A stretch of 63,468 nucleotides of DNA from Bacteroidales bacterium (GTDB lineage: Bacteria; Bacteroidota; Bacteroidia; Bacteroidales; VadinHA17): the NCBI GenBank assembly GCA_030596125.1, contig JAUVKT010000004.1, positions 1 to 63,468 on the forward strand. Direction: 5' to 3'. Positions 20,311-30,226 of the stretch are shown here, piece by piece. Position numbers and translations under genes: made by a program. The notes beneath the pieces were generated by a model. The model made no database searches and had not been told where the DNA came from. It saw only the letters and a program-made list of their open reading frames with translations. How positions within the stretch are numbered: position 1 is the stretch's first letter; every line of letters starts with the position of its first letter.

Positions 20311-21101
20311 CAAAATGTTATTTTTAAAGTCATAAGTGGACTTTTACTTATTGGATCGATAGCATATCCAATTGTTGGTACTATCTCATTTTGATTATAC
20401 GTTAGATTCTTAGGTTTGTTACCCTTAATTAACAGAATCGTTATATCTGTTATCCATATTGCTGCAGCGCCAGCCAATAAGATAGTGGACAGTTGATCCT
20501 GTGACTCAGCATCACTGAACAATTGGTTTCTTTCGTCTATATCAAGAGATGCCTTGTAATCTTCAAGACTCTGGGCACTTTGCATATTGCACAATACCGA
20601 ACCGGCTACACAGCCATATCCTGCAAATCCAAATAACCAGTAAGGGCCACCTGAGATACTTGAGTTTCCCCAACCCGGGAATGCCAGGGACTTAACAAAA
20701 GCTCCTCCCAGGCTCTTCTTTTTCGGAGACTTTGGCTTCTCAATCACCAGAAGTGATTCTGCGATTACCTCAACATATATTCCTTCTGAAAGTTTTATAT
20801 TATCATTTTTAAAATCCCACGTAACTGTTTTATTCTTTCCACCGCCTATATTTCTTCCGATATTTCCTGTCAATGACCTGACATCCAGTTTTTTTCCGGA
20901 TTCAGTAATAACTTTTATTGTAATATCAAATTTTTCTCCCGGTGCATAATTAACTATATCATAGGTAATAACTATATCTTCACCAACCAGATTAAAATCA
21001 ATATTTAAAATTTTGGCTTCTGTTTGCCCGAATCCATTAACAGGTAACAAACAAAAACAAAATAGAATTAGCAAAACAGTTATGAATGGTCTTTTGGTCA
21101 T
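20310..21101 (-). CDS. Hypothetical protein: signal peptide, small beta-sandwich domain, C-terminal membrane-embedded region
   Basis: 263 aa. N-terminal signal MTKRPFITVLLILFCFCLLPVNGFG, with hydrophobic segments near the C-terminus. No catalytic motif recognised. Confidence 0.55.
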   Translation of the reverse strand: MTKRPFITVLLILFCFCLLPVNGFGQTEAKILNIDFNLVGEDIVITYDIVNYAPGEKFDITIKVITESGKKLDVRSLTGNIGRNIGGGKNKTVTWDFKNDNIKLSEGIYVEVIAESLLVIEKPKSPKKKSLGGAFVKSLAFPGWGNSSISGGPYWLFGFAGYGCVAGSVLCNMQSAQSLEDYKASLDIDERNQLFSDAESQDQLSTILLAGAAAIWITDITILLIKGNKPKNLTYNQNEIVPTIGYAIDPISKSPLMTLKITF

Positions 21102-21180
21102 GGTTTTATATAAGGATTTTACATATTATCATTTTCACATTCAAGGCTAAGGTTTCTAATTAGAGATATTAACCTCTTTA

Positions 21181-21217
21181 AACTTTAGTCACTTTAGGCA
21201 CTTTTAACTTTAGTCAC
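21181..21217 (-). promoter_or_regulatory. 13-nt direct repeat AACTTTAGTCACT x2 (24-nt phasing) upstream of gene 20310..21101
   Basis: Exact copies at 21181-21193 and 21205-21217, 80-116 nt upstream of ATG 21101. Confidence 0.3.
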
Positions 21218-21236
21218 TCTCTTTACATTTTCTCAT

Positions 21237-22823
21237 TTATTGATAAGGCAAATACTCCCAAAAATCATTCATATACACACCGTAAGCGCCTGTACCAACA
21301 TATCCTATATTATTGATTGCGAAACCAGCGGGCATGTAACGGGACTGACCCGGGAAATCCGCCATTTTTATCCAACTATCTGTTACAGGATTGTATTGCC
21401 ACAGATCATTATCTTTAAAGATATATGCCTTATTTCTAATAACAAAGCTAACCACCCCAATGCCGGGAGGTCCGGGATAATCTGTTTTTTGAGACCATGC
21501 CCCCATTGGATTGCCATTAGCATCAGTGCCATTATCGGTTGAGAACGGGTCATATTGCCAGAGATCGTAAAATTCACTACTGTTATCTTCCCCGCAGCAA
21601 ATATAGGCGTAGGTCGTAATAGAGAATCCTTCTCCAAACACTCTGCCTGCACCCTGGAAATCAGCTTTTTGCGTCCAGCTTCCCATAGGATCTCCATTTA
21701 TATCAGTACCATTTGTTATTTCATCCTGCGGATCAAATTCCCAGAGATCATATAAATAAACATCCGTTGTTCCATCATAGTACTTTCCGCTGCCAACATA
21801 TCCTCTATTGCCTATACCAAAAGCGAACACTTCATATCTGGGAGTTCCCGGAAAGTTTGTTTTGCCTACCCACGTCCCATTATCAGGATCAAATTCATGT
21901 AAATGCATCGCATCAAAAACATATGCTTTATTACCTATTGTAAAAGCAGTACCATTACCTTGTGAACCTGCAGAAGACAAAAGAATCCACTCTTCCGGAT
22001 CGGGAGAGAACTGATAAAAGTCATCTATAGATCCTGCATCCTCACCGCCGGTAATATATCCAAATTCTCCCAATGAAAAGGCCAGAGCCTTAAATCTTGC
22101 GCTACCCACAAAATTTGCTATCTGAGTCCAAACATTTTCAATTTTGAGATTTCTGACATCTCCGAATTTAGTTTCACTATCATTTTCTGCAAAAGCTACA
22201 AAATAATAGTCGGCATAAGGTGTAAGCCCGGTTAATGTATAATTGAATGAAGCTGCGTCTACAGCAACTCCTAACGATATTTTATTTTCCGGAAAATTCT
22301 GTGGATCAGGATCATCAGCCCAGTAAAACCCATGGTTAGTAACACTTTCAAATCCCAGGCCATTAATTGCGCCATTCATCACTGCTGTAGAATTGGTCCG
22401 GATTATGGCAGTTTGTGTTGATACAATCAGGTCGGGAGTAGAAAAAGTTTTTATTTCACCATATATTGTTTCTCCTCCGGTTGTGGCAAAAGCCCTGAAA
22501 TAAAAATTAAGTCCGCCCCCTGCATCTGATAAATTGCATGTAAACTGTCCGGTTCCTGCAGCAGAGCCCAAACGCAATACTGTTCCATAGGTGATTGATG
22601 GACCAGGAGTATTTGATACTGCAAACCCATAATCGGAAATCCCCTCACCCATGTCAATGATGGTGCCTGTCAGAGTAATTGCAGCGTCTCCTATACTATG
22701 TGAATTTGTTTGAATAAGGGCCTCCCTGGTAAGATCAATTTCCTGGCATGTATTAATAAATATAAGAATTAATAAGCTACAGAAAGCAATAAGAACTCTG
22801 GAATAATAGCTTCTTCTGTTCAT
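21237..22823 (-). CDS. Secreted Kelch-repeat beta-propeller protein with N-terminal Ig/FN3-like repeats
   Basis: Signal anchor, then repeated DLWxYDP...W.xxxDFPG units (LWEFDPQDE, LWQYDPFS, LWQYNPVTDSW, FWEYLP). Confidence 0.7.
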   Translation of the reverse strand: MNRRSYYSRVLIAFCSLLILIFINTCQEIDLTREALIQTNSHSIGDAAITLTGTIIDMGEGISDYGFAVSNTPGPSITYGTVLRLGSAAGTGQFTCNLSDAGGGLNFYFRAFATTGGETIYGEIKTFSTPDLIVSTQTAIIRTNSTAVMNGAINGLGFESVTNHGFYWADDPDPQNFPENKISLGVAVDAASFNYTLTGLTPYADYYFVAFAENDSETKFGDVRNLKIENVWTQIANFVGSARFKALAFSLGEFGYITGGEDAGSIDDFYQFSPDPEEWILLSSAGSQGNGTAFTIGNKAYVFDAMHLHEFDPDNGTWVGKTNFPGTPRYEVFAFGIGNRGYVGSGKYYDGTTDVYLYDLWEFDPQDEITNGTDINGDPMGSWTQKADFQGAGRVFGEGFSITTYAYICCGEDNSSEFYDLWQYDPFSTDNGTDANGNPMGAWSQKTDYPGPPGIGVVSFVIRNKAYIFKDNDLWQYNPVTDSWIKMADFPGQSRYMPAGFAINNIGYVGTGAYGVYMNDFWEYLPYQ

Positions 22824-22928
22824 TTTTCTTTACTTATTGTTAACTAACACTCACTCGGTCAGACTAAATTACACAAATCTGTGATAAGTACATGTAAATT
22901 TACAAAAAATAATCATGGCCCCCAACAA

Positions 22929-22983
22929 CTCGTACCCCGACTCCAGTTCGGGTTACGACTAAATTGTCAATTCGGAGTACGAC
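22929..22983. repeat. GC-rich REP-like hairpin element, copy B (short form)
   Basis: CTCGTACCCCGA-CTCCAGT-TCGGGTTACGAC hairpin plus a second reverse-type arm TTCGGAGTACGAC. Its 5' flank (GGCCCCCAACAACTCGTA) parallels the second sub-element of copy C (GGCAACCCACAACTCGTA). Confidence 0.75.
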
Positions 22984-23050
22984 TAATCAATAATAAGTAA
23001 AAATATTTTCTTAAATTGCTAATAATTATACGATAATAAGTACTACACAA

Positions 23051-26000
23051 ATGAAAAAAATTATACTGGTACTTTCTATATTTTGTGTTCTTACAGGTTT
23101 CACAAAAGCTCAAATCACTGTAACTGATTATGACGGGAACATTTATCAAACGGTAGTGATTGGTAACCAGATTTGGATGTCGGAAAACCTGAAATCCATT
23201 CACTATGCTGATGGTACTCCACTGGTTGATGGTACAGGAGCAGGTGATATATCGGATGATTATACTACAAAGTATTATTTCTGGTATGATGACGATTCTA
23301 TAACATATGCAGATACATACGGCGCTTTATATACCTGGGCAGCAGTGATGAATGGTGCAGCAAGCAGCAATAATAACCCCAGTGACATACAGGGTGTATG
23401 TCCGGATGGGTGGTATTTACCAAGTGATACAGCATGGAAAGAACTGGAGATGTACCTCGGGATGAGTTTGGCACATGCTGATAGTACAGGGACTCGTGGA
23501 ACAGATGAGGGTGGAAAATTGAAACAAACCGGTACAACTTATTGGTACACTCCCAATACAGGTGCCACTAACAGTACTGGGTTTACTGCTCTGCCTGGCG
23601 GGCTTAGATCTAATTTGGGCAATTACGGTTATATAAATGATCTGGCCATTTTATGGACCTCTACAGAGTATGATGTTGATAACGCATGGGACCGGGGATT
23701 GAAATATATTTACTCGGGAGTTAACCGCGGCTTTTACAGTAAAGCAAATAGTTATTCTGTAAGGTGTGTTAAAGCAAATCCTTTAAGCGGAACCTATTCC
23801 ATTGGTCCATCATCCCCTGATTTTTTAAACTTCACTGAAGCAGTTAACTATCTGAAAAATGCCGGAATAGACGGATCTGTAGTTTTTAACGTGGAATCCG
23901 GTACCTATAACGAACAAATCTCCATACCTGAGATTGCCGGAGCTTCTGAAGTAAATACCATTACTTTCCAATCTCAATCAGGTGTTAATACAGACGTTAT
24001 TTTAACATTTGCTTCAACAGTTGCCGATGCAAATTATACGTTAAGACTTGATGGTGCAGATAATGTTAAATTCCAAGATCTTAATATTTCATCCTCAGGC
24101 GCACAATATGCACGGGTAGTCGATATAGATAACGAGGCTTCGCATAATTATTTTACAAATAACCAAATAATTGGTTTAAACATTGAAACATCCTTAAACG
24201 ATAAAGCACTGGTTTATTCAGGAACGTCTTCTTACGATAGTAGTAACGTATTCCAGAATAATACATTCAAGTACGGAAGTTATGGTATTTATTTTTCCTG
24301 TGCTGGCAGTGGTCAGTTTGAATCTGGCAACTCTATTTATGGAAACGAATTTCTTAACCAATCTTCCTGTGCGATAGATATTCAATACCAGGATGCACCA
24401 TATATTTATGATAACACAATAACGACAAACTCAACAGAATCCTTTACCGGAATTTATTTATACGGATGTGTCAACTCTGTTGATATACAGGAGAATAAAA
24501 TCTCAGCACCAAATTCCGGAGGTGGATATGGACTAAAATTCTTAAATACGAACTGCAGTCCGGGATATGAAGGCCTGATCGCAAATAACTTTGTTCATTT
24601 GAATACAACAGGCGGCACAAAGAGTTCAGAATGTTATGGGATTAAGATTGATTCATCATCCTACCTTAATTATTATTTTAACACAATAAATATTACAGGT
24701 ACCAATACTGCAAGCACATGTATTTACCTCGATTACACTGATTTTATAACCATTATTAATAATCTCACAAGTAACTTTGCCGAAGGTTATATTTTTTATT
24801 TTGATACTTATACCGATAATACCAATTCAGATTATAACTGTCTGTTTACAAGCGGTGCTTTTATCGGATTTGCTTGGGGTCAGTTTTTTACTGATCTGGC
24901 TGCCTTACAAGTCTATGATCCGGGGAGTAATCAAAATAGTATTTCGGTTGATCCTCAATATGTCTCCTTTGTTGACCTTCATGTTACAAACAATGCACTT
25001 AAAGCCGGTACATATATTACCAATGTAACTGCAGATATTGATGGTGAATCAAGGGATATGAATACCCCTTTTATAGGCGCTGATGAGGCTTTAGCTAGTG
25101 TAACATTCAATGTAAATATGTTTTATTGGGAATCCCTTGGGCAATTTGATCCGATAGCAGATACGGTGGATATAGCAGCAAGCTTTAATAACTGGGGCTC
25201 TCCTATTGATAGTTTGATTGACAATAACAACGACCTTATTTACACAAAAACTTACCAGTTACCTGTTGGTGCAGAAATTGATTATAAATTCCGCATTGAT
25301 GGCTCCTGGGCTGTAGATAAACATGAATTTCCTGGAGGGCCCAACCGTCAATATACAATCCTTCCGGGCGACAATACACTTGATTGCTGGTTCAACGACG
25401 ATGTGCCTGACACCCTTAGTTTTGCAGATGTTGATGAGGCTTTCAGGATGTGGTTTAGTGCTACTCATCAGGGTAATAGTCCTGCACTTGCTATGGGAGT
25501 TATAGCAGACCAGTTAACATGTTCCTGGAAGAATTTTGGTATGAATGACCTGTCATCTGAACCGAGAACATCATTTCAAAACTCGGAATCTTATTCATAC
25601 CGCGGTATTATCGAAGATTACTGGGAAAATATGTATTTAACACTTTCAATAGTTAATAATGCACTTGCTGAAATTGAAGGAGGAGCAGAAGCTGGTGCAG
25701 GTGGTGAACACAATGAAATGGTTAAAGCGTGGTGTTACTTTATCCAGGGAATTACACATGGTTATCTCGGACTGGTTTTCGACCAGGCATTTATAATAAA
25801 TGAAACAACCGATGCTTCCAACCTTGTATTACAACCATTTACAGATATTATCGATTCAGCTATTATATATCTTGATAAAGCCATTACCATTGCTGATGTC
25901 AATTCATTCACTTTACCGTATGGCTGGATCAACGGACCCCTTTATTCAAACACAGAATTTTCTATGCTGGCGAATTCATTTGTTGCCAGGTTACTGGTTT

Positions 26001-29000
26001 ATCAGTCAAGGAACGGTTCGCAAAATAATAATGTTGACTGGGACAAAGTGCTGAACTATGCAAACAATGGAATAAGTTTCACATTTGAACCCGTTATGGA
26101 CGATGTTAAATGGACCGATTGGTATAAAGTCTATGGCTCATATCCGATTTGGGTAAGGACAGACCACAGGATAATAAATTTGATGGATAATAGTTATCCT
26201 CCAAGATGGCCTGCAGATAATATTTCATGGTCCACTCCCGATGGAAATGATCCAGGTGAAGCTTTGTCGCCAGATAACCGATTGGTGCAGGATTTTGAAT
26301 ATTTGTCAGATAATAATTTCAATCCAGACAGGGGTTATTACCACTTTTCTCATTATAAGCTTAAAAGATTTGATGATTATTTAGCAACCTGGGTAGGCCC
26401 GGTCCCTGAATTCTATGAAAGTGAAAATGATCTGATCAAGGCAGAAGCACTGGCCAGGACCGGTGACCTGTCAGGTGCAATAAGTATAATTAATGCAGGA
26501 ACTTATGTTACCAGGGGAGGCCTTCCACCATTGGGCACAGGACTTTCACCGGAACAAATCCTCGATTTAACATTCTATGAACGTGATATTGAACTGATCT
26601 TGTCAGGAATGGGAATAGGCTTTTTTGATATGCGTAGAAGAGATATGCTTCAAAAAGGCTCACTATTACATTTCCCGGTTCCCGCAAAAATCCTGAATAA
26701 CTATAATGTGTCTGTGTACACATTCGGTGGAGAAGCCAACGCTGACGGTATCAATACTGCCCTTGGCTGGAACAGTTGGGATGGTGGAGTTTATGTTGAG
26801 TTGAGCAAGGTAAGTTGCGGAGGGTCAGGCGACTGGACCTTTACACTCCATGCAACGGAAGATCATTCTCCATTCCAGTATTCAATTGATAATGCTAATA
26901 CTTTCCAATCCGATAGTGTGTTTAATTTGTTATCAACCGGAATATACGATATAGTAGTTAAAAATTCACTTGGTGATACCTCCAGTGTAAAACAATATGA
27001 AATACAATTTCTGGCTGATTCTGTGTATTCAAGCAGAAATACCTCTTACGGAGATAGCACCGGCTATATAAATCTAGTTGTCTATGGCGGCGTTTTACCT
27101 TATACATACAGTTGGTCAAATGGCGCTACTACTAAAGATATTAGAGACTTATTAGCCGGATCATATTCTGTAACAATCACTGATAATATGGGATGTATTG
27201 TATCTGATGTTATTGATATAGGAGAATTCCCAGAGGTTATAACTGGAGAGATATCAGGGCCTGAGGATGTTTTACTAAATGAAATTACAACCTATAAACT
27301 TTCTGAACCGGTTGGTTATCTGGCATATTGGTATGCTGTTGGTGGTGACCTGGAATATAATTACTCAGATGGCTCTTCTTATCTGGCTGACAGTGTTGAT
27401 GTTACCTGGACGCAAACAGGAATCCAGATGGTTTATGTAAGACAGTATGATGTAAATGGTAATTCTGGAGAAAATGATACTCTTTTTGTATCAGTAACCA
27501 ATTCTAATCAACCGCTTGCTAATTCGGGTACGGATAAAACTGTTGATGAGGGTTTGACAGTAAGTCTTGATGGTTCTGGCTCGAGTGATCCTAATAATGA
27601 TGAACTTACATATAAATGGTATGCTCCGCAAGGTATTGAACTCTCGAATGATACTATTGTTAATCCAACATTCTCTGCTCCAATGGTTACAGGAAACACA
27701 AACCTGATTTTTGTGCTTGAAGTAAATGACGGATATCTCAATTCATTGCCGGATAGTATTGTAATCACAATTAACGACAAATATACTATACTTGCGGGCA
27801 CCTATATAATTGGTCCATCATCTTCTGATTTCTTAAACTTCACCGAAGCGGTTAACTCTCTGAAAAATGCCGGAATAGACGGACCGGTAATTTTCAATGT
27901 GCAGTCAGAGACATATACCGAACAGATATCTATCCCCGAAATAACCGGAGCTTCTGAAACCAATACTATTACTTTCCAGTCGCAAACAGGAGACAGTACG
28001 GATGTAATATTAACTTATTCAGCAAATAGTACAAACCATTATACTGTACAACTTGATGGCGCAGATTATGTTACTTTTAAAAACCTTACCCTTTCTTCCC
28101 AATACGAAGATAATCCGCGAATAGTCGATTTTACCGGTAATGCCACACATAATACGTTTGTTAATAACGTATTTACGGGTGCCGGAGTAAATGGTGATAA
28201 ATTTTATAAAGCCTATTTAAGATCTGAGGGTCCTGGAGATTCTTATAATATTATTTCCGAAAACCTGTTCCAGGGAGGTGTAGCGGCAATCCATTTTGAA
28301 CAAAATACCGGGAATATAATATCGAAGAATGTTTTCGAAAATCAGGTAGTCAGTGGCATTCTTCTTCAGTCTGAGGACTATTGCTATGTAGGAGAGAATA
28401 TCATTACCAGCAATTTCACCGATTACTCATTGGGTATCCTGATAAATTATTGCGATGATTCAGTCAGGGTTGTAAAAAACAGGATTGAATTATCATCCGT
28501 TGTCAGTCAAGGCATATCCATCAATCAATCCAATGGATCCGCAGCCGCCAGGAATCTAATTGCAAATAATTTTATCAGTGTTGGTGACAATGGAATTTCC
28601 TGTCTTCACTCTTCCAATATTGATATATATTTCAACAGTATCCTTGTTCACGGAAGCGCCAGAACCACCAGTAAGGCGATCGAGATTCCTGACTTGGGAG
28701 TATCTTTTTCGTCCGTAAGTGTATTCAATAATAATCTTATTAATTTTGCCCAGGGATATGCCATCTCTGTCGATAATATTTCCGAAATATCATGTAATTA
28801 CAATAATCTCTATACCACCGGATCAAACCTGGGTTATTATAATAGCACCGATATTACAGATATCTCAGCATGGCAGACAGTTACAGGACAGGCTATAAAC
28901 TCAATTTCAATTGATCCTGAATATCTTTCGGATACAGATCTGCATACGTATAATACTGCCCTCCAGGCAGGAACATATCTTGGAGAAATAACAGATGATA

Positions 29001-30217
29001 TCGACGGAGAAAGCAGGGATATAACTACTCCATACATCGGTGCTGATGAATATTATTATATTACAAGTAGTGGGAATGATATCCCAACATACAGTTTCCC
29101 TGAACAGACGAGTCCGGCCATAATAGATTATGGAAATCATTTGGTTGATATAGAAGTAGCAAATGGCACAGATGTTACCGGTTTGATAGCCACCTTCACT
29201 GTTTCTGATCTTGCAACCATTGCTATTGGGGGAACAACCCAGGAAAGCGGCGTGACAGCCAATGATTTTACAAACCCGGTTACCTATACAGTTACCGCCG
29301 AAGATGCCACGGCACAGAATTGGGTGGTAACTGTTACGATCTCTTCAGTAACTGTAATTTCTGATTTTCCATATTCAGAGGATTTTGAGAGTGGCAACGG
29401 TGGATGGAATACAGGAGGCACCAATTCTTCATGGCAGCTTGGTAGTCCTGCAGGTGGTACTATAAATTCACTGGCATCGGGTAGCATGGCCTGGGTTACC
29501 GGCCTGACAGGAGATTATAACCAGGATGAAGTTTCTTATGTTACAAGTCCGCAATTTGATTTATCAGATATTGATTGTCCGAAAATCGTGTTTAGTGTAT
29601 GGTGGGATTCTGAAGGATTCTATGACGGAGCGAACCTTCAATATAAGAAGGGCACCGATGAATGGAAAACATTGGGCACAATCGAAGATGATGACACATG
29701 GTACAATAGTTCATATTTATATTCCATAGAGCAAGGATTTGGATTCGATATGTATAGTTCAGCAGGATGGTCTGGCGATGGAGAATGGGGTTATGGGAGT
29801 GACGGCTGGGTAACTGTTTCACATGAACTGACAGGTCTTGGCAACCAGCCTGATGCAGTCGTTAGGATCGCTTTTGCATCTAACTCAACCTATCAGAATG
29901 ATGGATTTGCATTTGACGATATAACTGTCTTCAATGATCCTACAGGAGTTAATGATATTAGAGCATTGTTATCTGAGATCCAGATTTATCCAAACCCGAA
30001 TGAAGGCAAATTCAGATTGGTATATAACGGGGAAAGGGAAGTTGATCTGAAACTGGAACTTGTTAATCTCTATGGACAGGTTATTTTGTTGGAACAGATA
30101 GAAGCCGGTTACAGATTCAGCAAAGAGTATGACCTTGATTATCTCTCTCCGGGCATATATTATTTCCGATTAATACATAAAAAGGGCGTTATCGTAAAAA
30201 AGATGGTCGTAAGATAG
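23051..30217 (+). CDS. Giant (2388 aa) multidomain T9SS-secreted protein: FISUMP domain, beta-helix module 1, CBM-like beta-sandwich, SusD/RagB-like domain, SprB-type repeat, PKD-like domain, beta-helix module 2, MAM/LamG-like domain, T9SS C-terminal sorting domain
   Basis: The signal peptide is followed by a FISUMP-type pattern (VTDYDGNIYQTVVIGNQIWMSENL...CPDGWYLPS...GFTALPGG...SVRCVK). SusD-type motifs are KAEALARTGDLSGAISIIN and FYERDIELILSGMGIGFFDMRRRDM. The SprB-type motif is YTYSWSNGATTKDIRDLLAGSYSVTITDNMGC. The C-terminus IQIYPNPNEGKFRLVY...GIYYFRLIHKKGVIVKKMVVR is a type-A T9SS sorting domain. Confidence 0.9.
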   Translation: MKKIILVLSIFCVLTGFTKAQITVTDYDGNIYQTVVIGNQIWMSENLKSIHYADGTPLVDGTGAGDISDDYTTKYYFWYDDDSITYADTYGALYTWAAVMNGAASSNNNPSDIQGVCPDGWYLPSDTAWKELEMYLGMSLAHADSTGTRGTDEGGKLKQTGTTYWYTPNTGATNSTGFTALPGGLRSNLGNYGYINDLAILWTSTEYDVDNAWDRGLKYIYSGVNRGFYSKANSYSVRCVKANPLSGTYSIGPSSPDFLNFTEAVNYLKNAGIDGSVVFNVESGTYNEQISIPEIAGASEVNTITFQSQSGVNTDVILTFASTVADANYTLRLDGADNVKFQDLNISSSGAQYARVVDIDNEASHNYFTNNQIIGLNIETSLNDKALVYSGTSSYDSSNVFQNNTFKYGSYGIYFSCAGSGQFESGNSIYGNEFLNQSSCAIDIQYQDAPYIYDNTITTNSTESFTGIYLYGCVNSVDIQENKISAPNSGGGYGLKFLNTNCSPGYEGLIANNFVHLNTTGGTKSSECYGIKIDSSSYLNYYFNTINITGTNTASTCIYLDYTDFITIINNLTSNFAEGYIFYFDTYTDNTNSDYNCLFTSGAFIGFAWGQFFTDLAALQVYDPGSNQNSISVDPQYVSFVDLHVTNNALKAGTYITNVTADIDGESRDMNTPFIGADEALASVTFNVNMFYWESLGQFDPIADTVDIAASFNNWGSPIDSLIDNNNDLIYTKTYQLPVGAEIDYKFRIDGSWAVDKHEFPGGPNRQYTILPGDNTLDCWFNDDVPDTLSFADVDEAFRMWFSATHQGNSPALAMGVIADQLTCSWKNFGMNDLSSEPRTSFQNSESYSYRGIIEDYWENMYLTLSIVNNALAEIEGGAEAGAGGEHNEMVKAWCYFIQGITHGYLGLVFDQAFIINETTDASNLVLQPFTDIIDSAIIYLDKAITIADVNSFTLPYGWINGPLYSNTEFSMLANSFVARLLVYQSRNGSQNNNVDWDKVLNYANNGISFTFEPVMDDVKWTDWYKVYGSYPIWVRTDHRIINLMDNSYPPRWPADNISWSTPDGNDPGEALSPDNRLVQDFEYLSDNNFNPDRGYYHFSHYKLKRFDDYLATWVGPVPEFYESENDLIKAEALARTGDLSGAISIINAGTYVTRGGLPPLGTGLSPEQILDLTFYERDIELILSGMGIGFFDMRRRDMLQKGSLLHFPVPAKILNNYNVSVYTFGGEANADGINTALGWNSWDGGVYVELSKVSCGGSGDWTFTLHATEDHSPFQYSIDNANTFQSDSVFNLLSTGIYDIVVKNSLGDTSSVKQYEIQFLADSVYSSRNTSYGDSTGYINLVVYGGVLPYTYSWSNGATTKDIRDLLAGSYSVTITDNMGCIVSDVIDIGEFPEVITGEISGPEDVLLNEITTYKLSEPVGYLAYWYAVGGDLEYNYSDGSSYLADSVDVTWTQTGIQMVYVRQYDVNGNSGENDTLFVSVTNSNQPLANSGTDKTVDEGLTVSLDGSGSSDPNNDELTYKWYAPQGIELSNDTIVNPTFSAPMVTGNTNLIFVLEVNDGYLNSLPDSIVITINDKYTILAGTYIIGPSSSDFLNFTEAVNSLKNAGIDGPVIFNVQSETYTEQISIPEITGASETNTITFQSQTGDSTDVILTYSANSTNHYTVQLDGADYVTFKNLTLSSQYEDNPRIVDFTGNATHNTFVNNVFTGAGVNGDKFYKAYLRSEGPGDSYNIISENLFQGGVAAIHFEQNTGNIISKNVFENQVVSGILLQSEDYCYVGENIITSNFTDYSLGILINYCDDSVRVVKNRIELSSVVSQGISINQSNGSAAARNLIANNFISVGDNGISCLHSSNIDIYFNSILVHGSARTTSKAIEIPDLGVSFSSVSVFNNNLINFAQGYAISVDNISEISCNYNNLYTTGSNLGYYNSTDITDISAWQTVTGQAINSISIDPEYLSDTDLHTYNTALQAGTYLGEITDDIDGESRDITTPYIGADEYYYITSSGNDIPTYSFPEQTSPAIIDYGNHLVDIEVANGTDVTGLIATFTVSDLATIAIGGTTQESGVTANDFTNPVTYTVTAEDATAQNWVVTVTISSVTVISDFPYSEDFESGNGGWNTGGTNSSWQLGSPAGGTINSLASGSMAWVTGLTGDYNQDEVSYVTSPQFDLSDIDCPKIVFSVWWDSEGFYDGANLQYKKGTDEWKTLGTIEDDDTWYNSSYLYSIEQGFGFDMYSSAGWSGDGEWGYGSDGWVTVSHELTGLGNQPDAVVRIAFASNSTYQNDGFAFDDITVFNDPTGVNDIRALLSEIQIYPNPNEGKFRLVYNGEREVDLKLELVNLYGQVILLEQIEAGYRFSKEYDLDYLSPGIYYFRLIHKKGVIVKKMVVR

Positions 30218-30226
30218 TTCTACTAA

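Noticed and set aside
23788-29050. The duplicated segments of the giant gene as a diversity-generating retroelement TR/VR pair
   Set aside because: The differences between the two near-identical stretches are a mix of transitions and transversions (C/T, T/C, A/G, A/C), not adenine-specific. No reverse transcriptase gene is present.
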